DNA from: Sporopachydermia quercuum
Taxonomy: Eukaryota
Direction of reading: 5' to 3'
DNA: 64,000 nt
NCBI GenBank assembly: GCA_001599295.1
Contig: BCGN01000009.1
Location: 726,413 to 790,412, forward strand
This document shows, piece by piece, positions 46,363-58,200 of the stretch. Each line of letters starts with the position of its first letter. The stretch's first letter is position 1. A program made the position numbers and the translations under genes. The notes under the pieces are model-generated. The model was not told the origin of the DNA. It saw only the letters and a list, made by a program, of their open reading frames with translations, and did no database searches.

Positions 46363-47445
46363 CTAATATTTGATATCTTTGCTTCTTAACTGTGCTAACC
46401 TGATCGCCTTTCGAATATCATCTTTCGTTATCTTAGCTTCACCTCCATATAATGAAAAATGCTTGAGCTCATCTCCTTGAGCAGAAATAGTGATTCGAGA
46501 ACTGACAGAAAACTCCTCAGCTTCACCATTCAAATCAGCCAGAAAAACTGTATCGCCATTAATCTTTCCTTGACTCTTTTCTCCATTATCCAGTAGAAAC
46601 CTCTCGTCAATCTTTGCTATACCAAAACAGGATGTGACAGGCAACAGTGAATCTTTGCTACTCAATCTCAGTTCGAGTCTTCTATCTTGATTTCTATCGC
46701 ATAACAATGTCCAGTTATCACTTTTCCTATCAAGATGTCTGACATCGTCAGGCAAATAACATAAAGGAAGCTGAATGTCTTTTAAAGCTGCTACCGTAGC
46801 TGTATGTATTAATGTGAAAGGTGGACCTGAACGGCCGATCACCTGAATATTGGCATACAATGCAAATCTCCATCTGAATTTCGATAAATGATCATCATCT
46901 TGGTTNCCATCAAAATGAATATCTAATCCTTGTTTATACTTCTCGATTTGTTCTTCAGGATATTGCACTGACATTATTCCATTCTCTATGACTTTCCTCC
47001 CTACTATAACTTGCACACTTTGTGCAGTGATTAGTCCCGAGTTTCTTATATTTTCATACAGTTCTTGGCTCAAACCCATTTCTTCGTCGCTAGGAGGACC
47101 AGGATTTCTGCCCCTATTGACCTCTACGGTCGGATAGAATGCAACGAACCGCGGGAATTTAATTGATAGTTTGCCAAAGTCTTGGACGGAGTTGTATTCA
47201 AGCTGATCGACAGGTTCTATTCCTGCTGTTATGGAGCAGATGACAGTTGTTTTTCCGGATTTTACAAAAGAGGAGCCTAGCACTGATATTTCGTTGTTGA
47301 GATTGCCTTTGGATATTTCGATAGGCCTGAACTCTTCAAACTGGCGTAAACTGTATGGTCTAGCATGGATGTAGTTGAGATGTCTTTGGAAAAACACTTC
47401 CGGAGCTACCCGGGCGAAAACGTTTGGTTCGAATTCGATGGACAT
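46363..47445 (-). CDS. RRP43: Exosome core subunit Rrp43 (RNase PH-like)
   Basis: FEPNVFARVAPEVFFQRHL, RQFEEFRPI, GKTTVICSITAG, YPTVEVNRGRNPGPPSDEEM, ADLNGEAEE. ATG at 47445. Confidence 0.9.
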   Translation of the reverse strand: MSIEFEPNVFARVAPEVFFQRHLNYIHARPYSLRQFEEFRPIEISKGNLNNEISVLGSSFVKSGKTTVICSITAGIEPVDQLEYNSVQDFGKLSIKFPRFVAFYPTVEVNRGRNPGPPSDEEMGLSQELYENIRNSGLITAQSVQVIVGRKVIENGIMSVQYPEEQIEKYKQGLDIHFDXNQDDDHLSKFRWRFALYANIQVIGRSGPPFTLIHTATVAALKDIQLPLCYLPDDVRHLDRKSDNWTLLCDRNQDRRLELRLSSKDSLLPVTSCFGIAKIDERFLLDNGEKSQGKINGDTVFLADLNGEAEEFSVSSRITISAQGDELKHFSLYGGEAKITKDDIRKAIRLAQLRSKDIKY

Positions 47446-48865
47446 TGTCAAAATGGGTTATTTAAGTACACGTATGTGACTTATTGTAGCAATAGCTGGT
47501 TCTATTGTGATAAGTAGTAGATATATCTGTGATGAGTGACTGCAGTGTGACTGTTGATCTGTGGTCCGCCCAAGAGCACTTTCAGTTTGGTCGGAATTTG
47601 GGCTGAAAGTTCAAGCAAAACAAAAAAAANTCAAATCAATCCCCGTTAAGAAATGAAGCAGATATAAGAAAAAAAAATTATTTGGTTTTCAGCCTTTCAA
47701 GCCGTTTTCATAGCTATTTAAAATCTCACTAATCTTTCTGTTATATCATATAATAGAAGAAAGAAATTGCTTACATAATTGGCAGTTGTCCATTAATCAT
47801 TCATGTTATATCAGGTGACTTATACACGATAGCTGGAAGATATATGGACATTATCGGACATTTTAACAATTTCACAAGACGGGGAGGGGGGGGTCTGACT
47901 CGCTCCGCTTCTGTGTAACTTTTCATAATTTAGGTTCCAGACTTTCCGTTGTGTTGTTATTGGTTATTATAGTCGTATTAAAGTTCATCGCTCAGATCTA
48001 TTTTTGTCCAATGTTGTTTTTGTCACACGTCAAGTCAGGCAGAATGCACATGGGTAGTAAACAGAATTACGATATCAATTGCAGAAGAATGGGCGAAATG
48101 TCTATCAACAACAAACTGGCTCTTCTTGTTTGTCAATTCTTTGCTGATTGCATTTCGTTGATTTACTGCTGTTAAAGGCTGTAATAAAACACTACTGAAT
48201 CCATCTGTGAATGTGCAAGAAACCTAGATTTTTGTCATTGTTGTTAGATTCAGTTCTGAATGACAATTGATCGAGTGGACACGTTGGATACAATAGATAG
48301 ACCACATAGACCACATAGACTAGATAGATCGGGAGATAGGATAAACATAGATTAGATCATATACACACAACATCAGCAGGTTTTTATTTCCCGTTATTCA
48401 TACTCAATCAGTTGCCGAACCTTGCGTTGAAACTGACTTGACAAACCCATTGGTAAAGGGAACAACGAGATAGAAAGGTGATAGTAAGAAGCGAAGCGAC
48501 ACGTCTTCCAGCATTTAAGTACCCAACTGTTGTACGACAATAAGCAATTATCAATAGACAACTAATAGACAATTAATAATAAACAATTAATGACAACAAT
48601 AAGCAAGAGCATTGAGCATTGAGCATAAATCAAGACATCGAGCATTATACATTCCACTAATCAAACAATCAAGCAAGCAAACTGGACTTTGCTTGCTTTG
48701 CATCAACTACACCATTCCTGTTATTCAATTCACTCTGCAATTCACACGGAAAATCACAGATTACCGCACATTTGAAAGCATATTGGTTCTTATTCGAACA
48801 CCGAGAACAAATAATCTACAGAGGTTACCTCTCGTTTCTCTATCCAACCCCTTCACCATATCATC

Positions 48866-50047
48866 ATGCTACAACGACTACTTATCTCCCTCAAAACTGG
48901 GAACTGGGTTCCTCCCATTTCCCTGAAAATCGTAATCCTCTGCATCACATGGTACAGCGTATCTGCCATCACAACAACCATCAACAAGGCTATTCTAGAT
49001 CAGTTCTCGTACCCTGCTTTACTAACAGAAGTACAGTTTTTCATGAACGTTGTCATGGGCATATTAACCATAGAAGCACTTAAATGGTTTCCTTTCCTGC
49101 GCCAACTATTCCCAGATGGCTCTGTACCAAAGAACGGATATATCCCACGGCCTACCAGGCGGATTCTCCGGAAAACNCTGCCAATGGGTGTTTTCCAGTT
49201 CGCGGGACATATCCTTTCTCACGCAGCAACCTCGTTGATCCCCGCCGCCGCAGTGGCATCCATCAAAGCCCTTTCACCTTTGGTAACTGTGGGCGTCTAC
49301 AGGTTCGTTTTCTTCACCAGAATGCCTATCGCTACGTACCTTTCCTTGATTCCTCTTGTGCTAGGAATCATGATGATTCTAATGAAAGGCTCCATCTACG
49401 AAGTTCTTACCGGCCATTTTCAAGGTGTCTTCTTTGCCGTGGTATCAACGTTTGTATTTGTAGCCCAGAGCATTTACTCCAAATCTGTTCTCTCCGGCAC
49501 CAGCAGCAATGAGTCTGCTTCCGATATCCCTCTGGCGGAAGTGCATCTCCCTAAGCATGCGCGTTCCAATAGCTTTTCGCACAAGGTGACAGAAACAGCA
49601 TCAAAATTTCTGGCTGATGGCGCAGAGGGCAAGCCTGATAAGCTTACCGTTTTGATTTACTGTTCAGCGTGGGGTTTCCTCTTCTCCCTGCCAGTTTTCC
49701 TCTCGACAGAGCTTTTTTCCGTGCTTTCGGTGTTCGCTGGTGCCGGCAAACCCTTGGAACCTGCCGGAGAACAACCAGAAGCAGGACCTATCAGTATTCC
49801 CTACATACTTTTACTATGGGATGGATCTTCGCATTTCGTCCAAGCGTTGATAGCTTTCCATATAATCGGTGCAATCTCGCCAGTGTCTTATTCAATTGCT
49901 AGTTTGTTGAAACGGATAGTTGTTATTACCGTGACAATGTTATGGGGAGGACATGTGATACAGCGGTCGCAGGCATTTGGTCTTTTTCTCACTGGGGTTG
50001 GTTTATATTGTTATGATCGATGGAGTGTGGGGGCCCATAAGCATTAG
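48866..50047 (+). CDS. Triose-phosphate/nucleotide-sugar transporter family (SLC35E; YJL193W/Sly41-like)
   Basis: LCITWY, FSYPALLTEVQF, PMGVFQFAGH, SIKALSPL, TYLSLIPLVLG, AQSIYSK, SPVSYSIASLLKRIVVI. Confidence 0.88.
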   Translation: MLQRLLISLKTGNWVPPISLKIVILCITWYSVSAITTTINKAILDQFSYPALLTEVQFFMNVVMGILTIEALKWFPFLRQLFPDGSVPKNGYIPRPTRRILRKXLPMGVFQFAGHILSHAATSLIPAAAVASIKALSPLVTVGVYRFVFFTRMPIATYLSLIPLVLGIMMILMKGSIYEVLTGHFQGVFFAVVSTFVFVAQSIYSKSVLSGTSSNESASDIPLAEVHLPKHARSNSFSHKVTETASKFLADGAEGKPDKLTVLIYCSAWGFLFSLPVFLSTELFSVLSVFAGAGKPLEPAGEQPEAGPISIPYILLLWDGSSHFVQALIAFHIIGAISPVSYSIASLLKRIVVITVTMLWGGHVIQRSQAFGLFLTGVGLYCYDRWSVGAHKH

Positions 50048-50050
50048 CGT

Positions 50051-50346
50051 GATGGATGCTATGGACCGGATGGTGGTGGATTTTGAGAATGCCGGTTACG
50101 GTTCTGGGACTCCGGTTGGTTACTACTGTGCACGGCTGCGGCTCTAGGTTCATTGGAGCCGGGGTTGTCCAACCCTAAGTCGCCCTTTGCACTTTAACTC
50201 CAACTCTTGTTGTGAGGTATCNAATTTCCGGGTTTCCTTCTAATAGCACTAGCAAATTCCTCATTCACAACACGTAGTCTCCCTTTTCTCGGCTTGTACG
50301 TGCTGTGCCGTGCTGACTGGAATGGCGAACTCAACAAGCATCCATC
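50051..50346 (+). ncRNA. Unidentified ~296-nt structured RNA element (3'-UTR element or independent ncRNA)
   Basis: Perfect 10-bp closing helix GATGGATGCT/AGCATCCATC enclosing about nine mutually compatible nested helices; G-U pairs indicate the + strand. Confidence 0.55.
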
Positions 50347-52206
50347 TCCTACTGAGAATTGCATTTGGAGATTGTCTATTGGTTGTTAATTCTAATACTA
50401 TGCACTATGTTACACTATGCTACACTATTCTACAACATTATTATCATGTTCACATCTCAAAGCAGACTAAATGACAGTCAACTTCCAGCAAATGGTACTG
50501 ATTCGTTGTTAAGCTCGAGAAAGCACAATCTATTCCGAATTTAACAAAAATTGATGTAAAGCAAGTTAAGAATTCAGTGTCAATAACAATCACATAATCA
50601 ACAAAATTATCAATATCCAATAGTAAAGCTCCCAGTAGTCCTTGTTCTGGCTTTGAAATACTTCCCAAAAAGGGGGAAATCACTCACACAGTTATTCAGC
50701 AGCTTTGAGAGAAGAAATCTACGATTAACGTTTTAGTTCTCATAATAAGCTGTTGGATATAATTCATCCTTCATTACGTATGCTTCAAGACGGTCAAACA
50801 GCCATTGAGAATCATTGAGAAGCGTGGAAAAGTGTCCCAATAATACCAGCTGACGGACTCCAAATCTCCATTATGATCCAGCTATAGAAACGGAAATGCT
50901 CGTAGTGTCGATAGGATTTTTCAATCAGTGCTTGCCAGTGTTGTTTTGTGGTTGATATTTGTTAATAACAATGATGTGGTTTTATGCTTTTCACAGCTCT
51001 TTTCCGAAGCATCAAACCCCGCGGGAACATCCTACCGCATGCAATGATAGAATATAGATACACCGGTGGCAGCACAACCATCATAGAAAATGCTGGTAAC
51101 AATATGTGCAATAATATACTCAAGACTGACATTCGCTTTTTGGCTTTGATTAGTGTATACATATATATAACATATACAACATATACATATATGTAGTTAT
51201 TAGCTGTTTATCTATAAATTATGATATTAATTAACGGGTATGGATCTACTAAATGGGAACCGTGCTTGCTGATATGAGAGTGTTTTTTTTTCTGTCAATC
51301 CGTGTTTGAATTCAGCGTTACGATTTCTGCTGAATCTTATTATATTTATTGCAAGGAATGAACATGGTTCAGCTTGCAGCGGCGGCCCAGTCGAAAAGGG
51401 GATCCTACGGATAATTGTGATAGAATCAATCGGCATTTCCAGCGTCCAATTGAATAGATACTGTCAATGCTGCAACTTCCTGCTACATTGCAGCAGGAAG
51501 CCAAAGTTTGAAATTGAAAAATTTACATGATTTATCAAAAGGGTATTATTCCTATATCGTTAGGGATATTAGTAAAGAATGGAATTTATGGAATTTCATC
51601 ATTGAGAAGAGTTAAACGACGTAATGTACTTAAAATTACGACCTATCTGTGGGAAACCGCTCAAATCTCATGTGACGATTTATCACCAGCAGTGTTAGGT
51701 AAACTAGGATTTTTACATGATTAGATAAATTACGAAACTTGTGATAATCACAATATTTACATTNGCTATATGAACTGAATCTTCTATTAGTGTTTTGTAC
51801 TTTTATCATAAACTTTAATTTAACTATCACCAACAGACAATCCAGCAACACAAACACTAGTAGTACCATTTGTGTACAGTTATTATCATTAGCGTTGTTA
51901 GTATGTAAATTCAATCATTCATTTCTTCATTCTCTTCTTGTTTTTCTCTTGTTATTCTTCTCATTATTCTTCTTGTTATCATTTTCTAGTTAAAACAATA
52001 TCAGAAACATAATGCTTACATGATCTACATAGGTTTATTGTCTACAATGCCATTTTGAACCATTGAGAACAGGAATCAATAGTATCGAAATAGTATCGAA
52101 ATCGGCTCTTAGACCTGAGTTGCAATCAATTCAGTGCTTACTTATCTCTTTATTTTTATTTTCCTTGTAATTCAATACTTATCCTTTTATCATCATGTTC
52201 ACTTTC

Positions 52207-55200
52207 CTATTGAAATCTCCATTTATATACAACGCCCGAAGTGCTCCCAGCCAGAACTTCTGCTCCACAGTCCGTATAAACCATTCCATGGCCTTTTTCA
52301 TAGCTTTTCCCATTGGAATTCCTGTTATTCATTGGCAGCAACCGCAAAGCAATACTACAGATATCTCCACCTCCGTCCTGAGATGCCAGTTTATTAGGCG
52401 CCGTGAATGATTTCTCTAATTGGAATTGCCAGGAACCATTAGCAATTCGCAGGCTAAAAATCTGCACCAGGTTATTCCAAGCGATTGCCAGTGTTTCTGT
52501 ATGCTCCCAGAACTCGTGGCTTTCGTTTTCCGTCCCGGAGAATCCGTTGGAAGTGCCGAACGTTATGCATTTGATGGACTGTAAGTAGGACACGGAGGAG
52601 GATGGAAAGGAGAAAGAGGAAGACCGAGGTCTTCCAGGGCCGTCGGTTGCCTTCCCGTTGGTGTCCTTGCCGACTGTTGCCTTACCATCGCTGCCACCGC
52701 CAGTTAAATCTTTCTCGATAATCACCTCTCCATTGATATCATATACCTTTAGCACTCCCCCTGTGAATATAACAGCTATCATGCCAGTACTATTGCTAAC
52801 ACTAAACATTTCTGCCCTACTGGCAAGCTTCCTTATAAGCCCAAACCGAACGGTCTCCCATACAAACACATTGCCCCGGGAATCAATGCTCAGGGCGAGA
52901 TTGAACACTGGCGCGGTAGCAAAGGCTTTTATTGGTTCAGTATGAGCTCTGAGGCTTTGGATGAACTGGAGGGAGATTTTATGAGTGTTATGGGTGTTGT
53001 GAGAGCTCAGGTGGTTGTTCGTTAAGCCGTTTGCGGATCCAAGGTTTCTGTTCGGCACAAGCACCAAGGGTAAATTTTGTCTTCCGAAGGCTCCCGAAGT
53101 CCCCGCATGCAGTTTCCACGCTGTGATGAGACCGCTGGAACAGCCGGTGAGAATATACCCATTTTCCAGCTTCACGAGCTGGGTGATTCTCTGCTGGTGC
53201 ACTCCTTCGTAGCGGACTCCCGTGCCGGACACTAGGCTTCCCATGCCGCTGTCAAGTTGCAGCACGACATTTTCGCCTATTTCTACCACATTCCCAGGGC
53301 CAGTTTTCCATTTTTTGGACCCAGGTACGTACTCCAGTGTGCGCACGGCCTGGGTTTCTGCCCCAGCACCTAGCGTGGTACCTATTTCAGCTTTACCGCC
53401 CGCAATACCCGCATGGCCCTTGGGGCTGAGGCTCAAACGGCACAGGCACACCGCGCCAACCTCCCGCGTCGGGTGTGGCTTATCAAACACTTGCTTCGGC
53501 GTCTGGCCGAAGTTGTGAATAATCCCTATTGCCGCATTCCTTTCTACCTCGTTTTCGATCTTGTCAAGATCAACAGCGCCCCGGTAGCTGAGATGATGGA
53601 ACACATTGGTGGCCTTTTCTGCTTCAGCCCCACGCTGTTTATACCCGAAAACCAGGTCGATCCACTGATGGAGATGCTCTGAGACGTAAGGGCTTTCCAG
53701 GGCCAGCCGATGCAAGCGGATGAATCGATGGGGGTCGCCGTGGGCCCAGGGGGGCAGCTCTACATTGTCTACTGTTTTCCCTGCGGAGTCCTGCAGCTGG
53801 CCAAAGGCGAACCGGTTGTCGTTGAGGAGAAACTGCGGGAAATAGAAGAATTCCGGGGTCAGCTCGCGAACATCTGAGCTGTTGTCACACGACGAGGATT
53901 CCCATGCTTTCCGGATCGAATAGAACAGTCTGTCAGGGAGATCAAACTTGCCTCCTTGCAAACGGAGGTAGGACTGTGTGTAAGGCTGGATCCGTATAAG
54001 ATAAGACGCCACGATCATGGCGGAGGAGTAGTGTGTTCCGTAATGGAAAGGTCTTGTGCCCGAGCCGGTGCCCGAACCTGTACCAGATCCCGTGGCAGTG
54101 CCAGAAGTCTCGTCAAGCATCTCCCGCATGGCCAGGAACCGTTCCTTGAACAGCAGCTCCCTGTTCACCGTCTGAGCTCCCATGGGCTTGGAAAGGTCTC
54201 TGAACGTCTTCAGGTCTGATAGATCCAACTGGGTGCTTGTATAGTCGGCAAGAACCCACGGGAAGACAGGATACTGCGTGAGATCGTTGAAAGTCCGACC
54301 CGCCAGCGTATTTACGATCATTAGATAGTAGAAGTTTGATATTTCACCTTTTCTCCACCGTCTAGTGGCTGTCGAGAGTCCCTGACCAGGGTTTTGGCTG
54401 TTAGAGAACACAGAGGAGAGCTTACTTGCAAAAGAGCTGCCGGGAGGTAAAGGTAAAGGCGTGTTCCCCACAGAAAAAGCCCGTGCCAGGTCGGGGTCCA
54501 GCACCGGTTCTGCTGGGAAACTATTTTTTCCATGGGAGTTCGCATGGGNATTGGCCGTGCGCACGGCATTCAGTTTGGCGTAAATAGAATCTCTAGTTTT
54601 CGCAGTAGTGGCTGTGATGAGGAAGCTGGTTCTGTTTGAGAAAAACAGCTCCAGGGCGACATCTCTGAGCAGGAATTCACGTTTAGATATCAAAGCGACC
54701 GTTTTTATATCCCAGGAGCGTGTTTTTGTTGTTGTATTCGATTTGACACTTTCAGCAGTAGCAGAAGCCCCAGCTCCAGCGCTGGAAACCCTCCTGGATT
54801 GAATCATTAAGCTGTCTAAATAAGGATCTCTGTACTCCTCCGGAGCTTCCTTGGCATCTAGAATGTCGCCTTGTTTAGTATGGACATAGCCATCAATTAT
54901 ATACAGATACTGTTCACCCAGAATGAGAATTCCTTGGGTTGATTCTAACCCTGTGATACGGGAGATATTCCAGATCTTCTTGATGGTGTCACTGGGGAAC
55001 AGACTTCTAAGGACTTTTCTGTTGTAGTCTTCCTGGTGAGACGCCAAGGAGAAATCGTTGAACAGGCCAGGCGGTTCTATAATGGAGGAGGATGGGGGTT
55101 TGGTAGAGGATTTGGTGGGGGATAGGGAGTTTCTGTCCAAAGCTGTAGATGAAACAGTTAAATTAACTGACGACGTCGACGATGAGCTGCAGATAATACT

Positions 55201-58200
55201 AGGAGGGTCAATTGGATTATCGCCAATGGTACTATCAGTATCAACACCGTTTTGTGCATTATCATCGTCAGTATCCTTATTATCCTTATTATTATCACCC
55301 TTATTTCTCCTATCTTCAGGAACCATCATCTTTCTCATTCGCTCTTTGCCTTCAGCAGAACTAAGAGCAAAGCTGAGCCTCTCACTATCACCGTCACGGT
55401 CACCACTTTCACTTTCACCATCCAAGTGAAACGCATTTTTCACTCTTTCTACTAATTCTACCTTCTCCTTAAGCCGTTGATACTGTTTTACGTAGAATTT
55501 CACATCGTCAAGCCTGTCTTGGATGTTTCTATAGTATTTTTTCTTTTCTAAAGCTGTGATAGCAGATTTCCATGATTGATTCTCCTGGTGGAGTTTTGTT
55601 AGATGGGAGAGTTCTTTCCGGAGGGGAAACACGGGTGGGTTGTTGGGGATGGCAGCGGTAGCACCTTTGAGGCCAGCAAGGGTGGGTTTATGTTTGGTGG
55701 ACTTTGCAGTGAGAATGGCTTGCATCTCAGGCAGTCTGGAGGTATCTATAAAGGGTGTGATTGAACCCGTGCTGAATACTGGGTCAGATTCTGTACGAAG
55801 TCCTTGAGAGGCTGTGTGATACATACCGAGAACAGATTTACCTCCTATTTTAGATTTCATATCGGTGCATATTTCCTTGATTTTCGCCTTGCGGACCTCG
55901 TCTTCAACCAACCAGGAGCGAAAACTGCTGTTATCGTGGGTGGAAACGTACTGGAAAACCTGTCCCAGTATCTTCGCAGCCTCTTCGTGCGCTGCGTCGT
56001 TGTTTCCAAGCTTTTCGCCCACTCCTGGTAGCATTGCCAACAGGTCTTCCCCCTGGAAGAGATACAATGTTCTAAGACAGTTCGAAGCGTTTTCATTGAT
56101 AGAAGCAGACTCAGCAAGACAGTTGATGATTAAAGCTAGTACCAGAGCTCTTGTTGACTGTTTATCAAGCGTCTTGTTAAATATGATGTCCTGGTTGTAA
56201 AGGATCTTCACCAGTAGGTCATTCAGTTGAATCTTATTCTCATTATCAGCACTACTGCTGCTACTACTATGATAACTAAGATAACTAAGGTATTCAGACA
56301 TAAAAGACCCTAAAAGGAGCCCGAAATCCTTAGAAATAGTTCCAAACGTTGATAGATACTCAATTAGCTCCTCACAGGCTTTATAATCCTGTAGAGGTAT
56401 CAGATTTATCATTTCTTTCATTACAGTGGATATGGTGTATTGAATAATAGGATTGAGGTTTCTATTGGCCGTCGTGTTGGAGTTTGTGGTTGTTGCAGTA
56501 TTGGTTTTCGTTATTAGAGCATTGATACTGTCGCTTGAGGTAAGGACAGTCCAAAGAGCAAGATAGGAAGGAAACGAAAAACTTTGTAGGAGGTTTGTTA
56601 TAGGAATGGGAGTGAATATTCTTTCAATGAACAGGTGCGATAGATGTGTAGATATCTGTTTCATGAGGTTCTCAAGGAGGTTAGTAGTAGTATTAGGACT
56701 ATCAGTGGTAGAAGCAGTTGAAGTAGTAAGAGCAGCAACAGTATTATTAGCAGTACTAAGTAAATTATTACCAGTATTAAGTGTATCATTACTACTACTA
56801 CTGGTATTCGTTGATTTAGCATTATTAGCACCATTACTAGCATTACCACCATTATCCATCTTATTGCAGATTCTAATACAATTTCCTAGCACTGAAAGCA
56901 GATCGGCAAGAAATATCAAATAAGAATCTGATAATAACAGCTTGTTACCAGCTGGTGATATTCTAACTAGAATGTCAAGAATTTTGATGATCCCTTTCAA
57001 TGATTCATATGTTTGCTGAATCGATAAACTCTCCGGGTTTCTATGAGTAGTAGGAGCAGGAGCAGAAGACTTAGAATCGGTAGGAATAGTAGTAGAATAA
57101 AAGGTAGCATTGATAGAGGTAGCGCTGTCCTCATTATTATTGCCATTCCTATCACCATCCTTATTATCACTCTGATCATCCATATTGCTATCCCCCCTAT
57201 GATTTTCCTGCTTCTTATTCCTATTCTTATTCCTATTTCTTCGCCTTCCGCTCCTAATCTTACTCTCAATATACTCAACACCATCGGAAATCATCATCAT
57301 GAAAACACTTATCATCTCTGGCATAGCAATCAAATCTCCATTCTTATTCCTGCTATTTCTGCTGTTTCTTCTGTCGCTAGAACCCTCGAGCCGTTCAATA
57401 CATTCAATTCCTTGTGCCAATCTGCTTCCAAAGCTCAAACGAACATCTCCGTACGCTAAACAGCTGATCGTTGCGTTGAGTACCCCTGGGTCGCTCCACC
57501 AACGGGCGAGAAGCGCCCCAAGGATTTCCTGGCCTACCGGCTGGCGCACAAACTGCTGGTGCTGGGCTAGCAGCAATTTCAACGCCAGATATACTGCATA
57601 GGGCTCGTTGGTGCTCAGTAGCAGTACAAGCCATCGCACGGTTACTATACGTAAAATCTGTCTTCCGGAAGTTGGGAAAACATCTCTGTTGGCAACTACA
57701 GTGCAGAGAGCTTCTAATAAATACGTTCCAGCTGCTATGCAAAGCCCATTCTCTGTAGTAGCTGATCCATCGTTAAGAAAATACACTACAGCGAGGGAAA
57801 GTGCTTTAGCAGTCTGCAAGGGCAGGTCTGTTCCCGCTAGCACCATCACGGACTCTCTAAGGCTCGGGAGGACTTCCTTGCGGAACATGCCTGCTTTCAA
57901 GCCCTGGATGATTCTCTCGGGAATAGCCATACGGCCTAGAGCCTTGCTGTTGTACTGGGCATGTTTGCTATCCCTGCCGAAGACTGAGAACTGGAACAGG
58001 AGAAACTCAATTGTATCGCGGGTTGTGTGCGCCCATATAGCGAAATCTGCTACCAGTGCTCTGTACGCGGTGGGATTTGCCAGTATGGAGTTCTCCGGAG
58101 CTAAGAAATCGTACCCACAAAACGCGAGGATGGTATCAAGGACTTCTGGAGAGCAGAGATGGCTTTTCACCTTGAGAATTGCTGCTAGGACGTCGTAGAT

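Noticed and set aside
50052..50147. 31-aa ORF MDAMDRMVVDFENAGYGSGTPVGYYCARLRL resembling a lipopeptide pheromone precursor
   Set aside because: The Cys is sixth from the end, so there is no CAAX box. The ATG lies 4 nt after the upstream stop, leaving no promoter space. RNA structure explains the region better.
56200..57360. AT-rich N/T/S-rich stretch within BPH1 as a possible intron or insertion element
   Set aside because: Frame is open and no convincing splice signals or terminal repeats were seen; consistent with low-complexity loop expansion.
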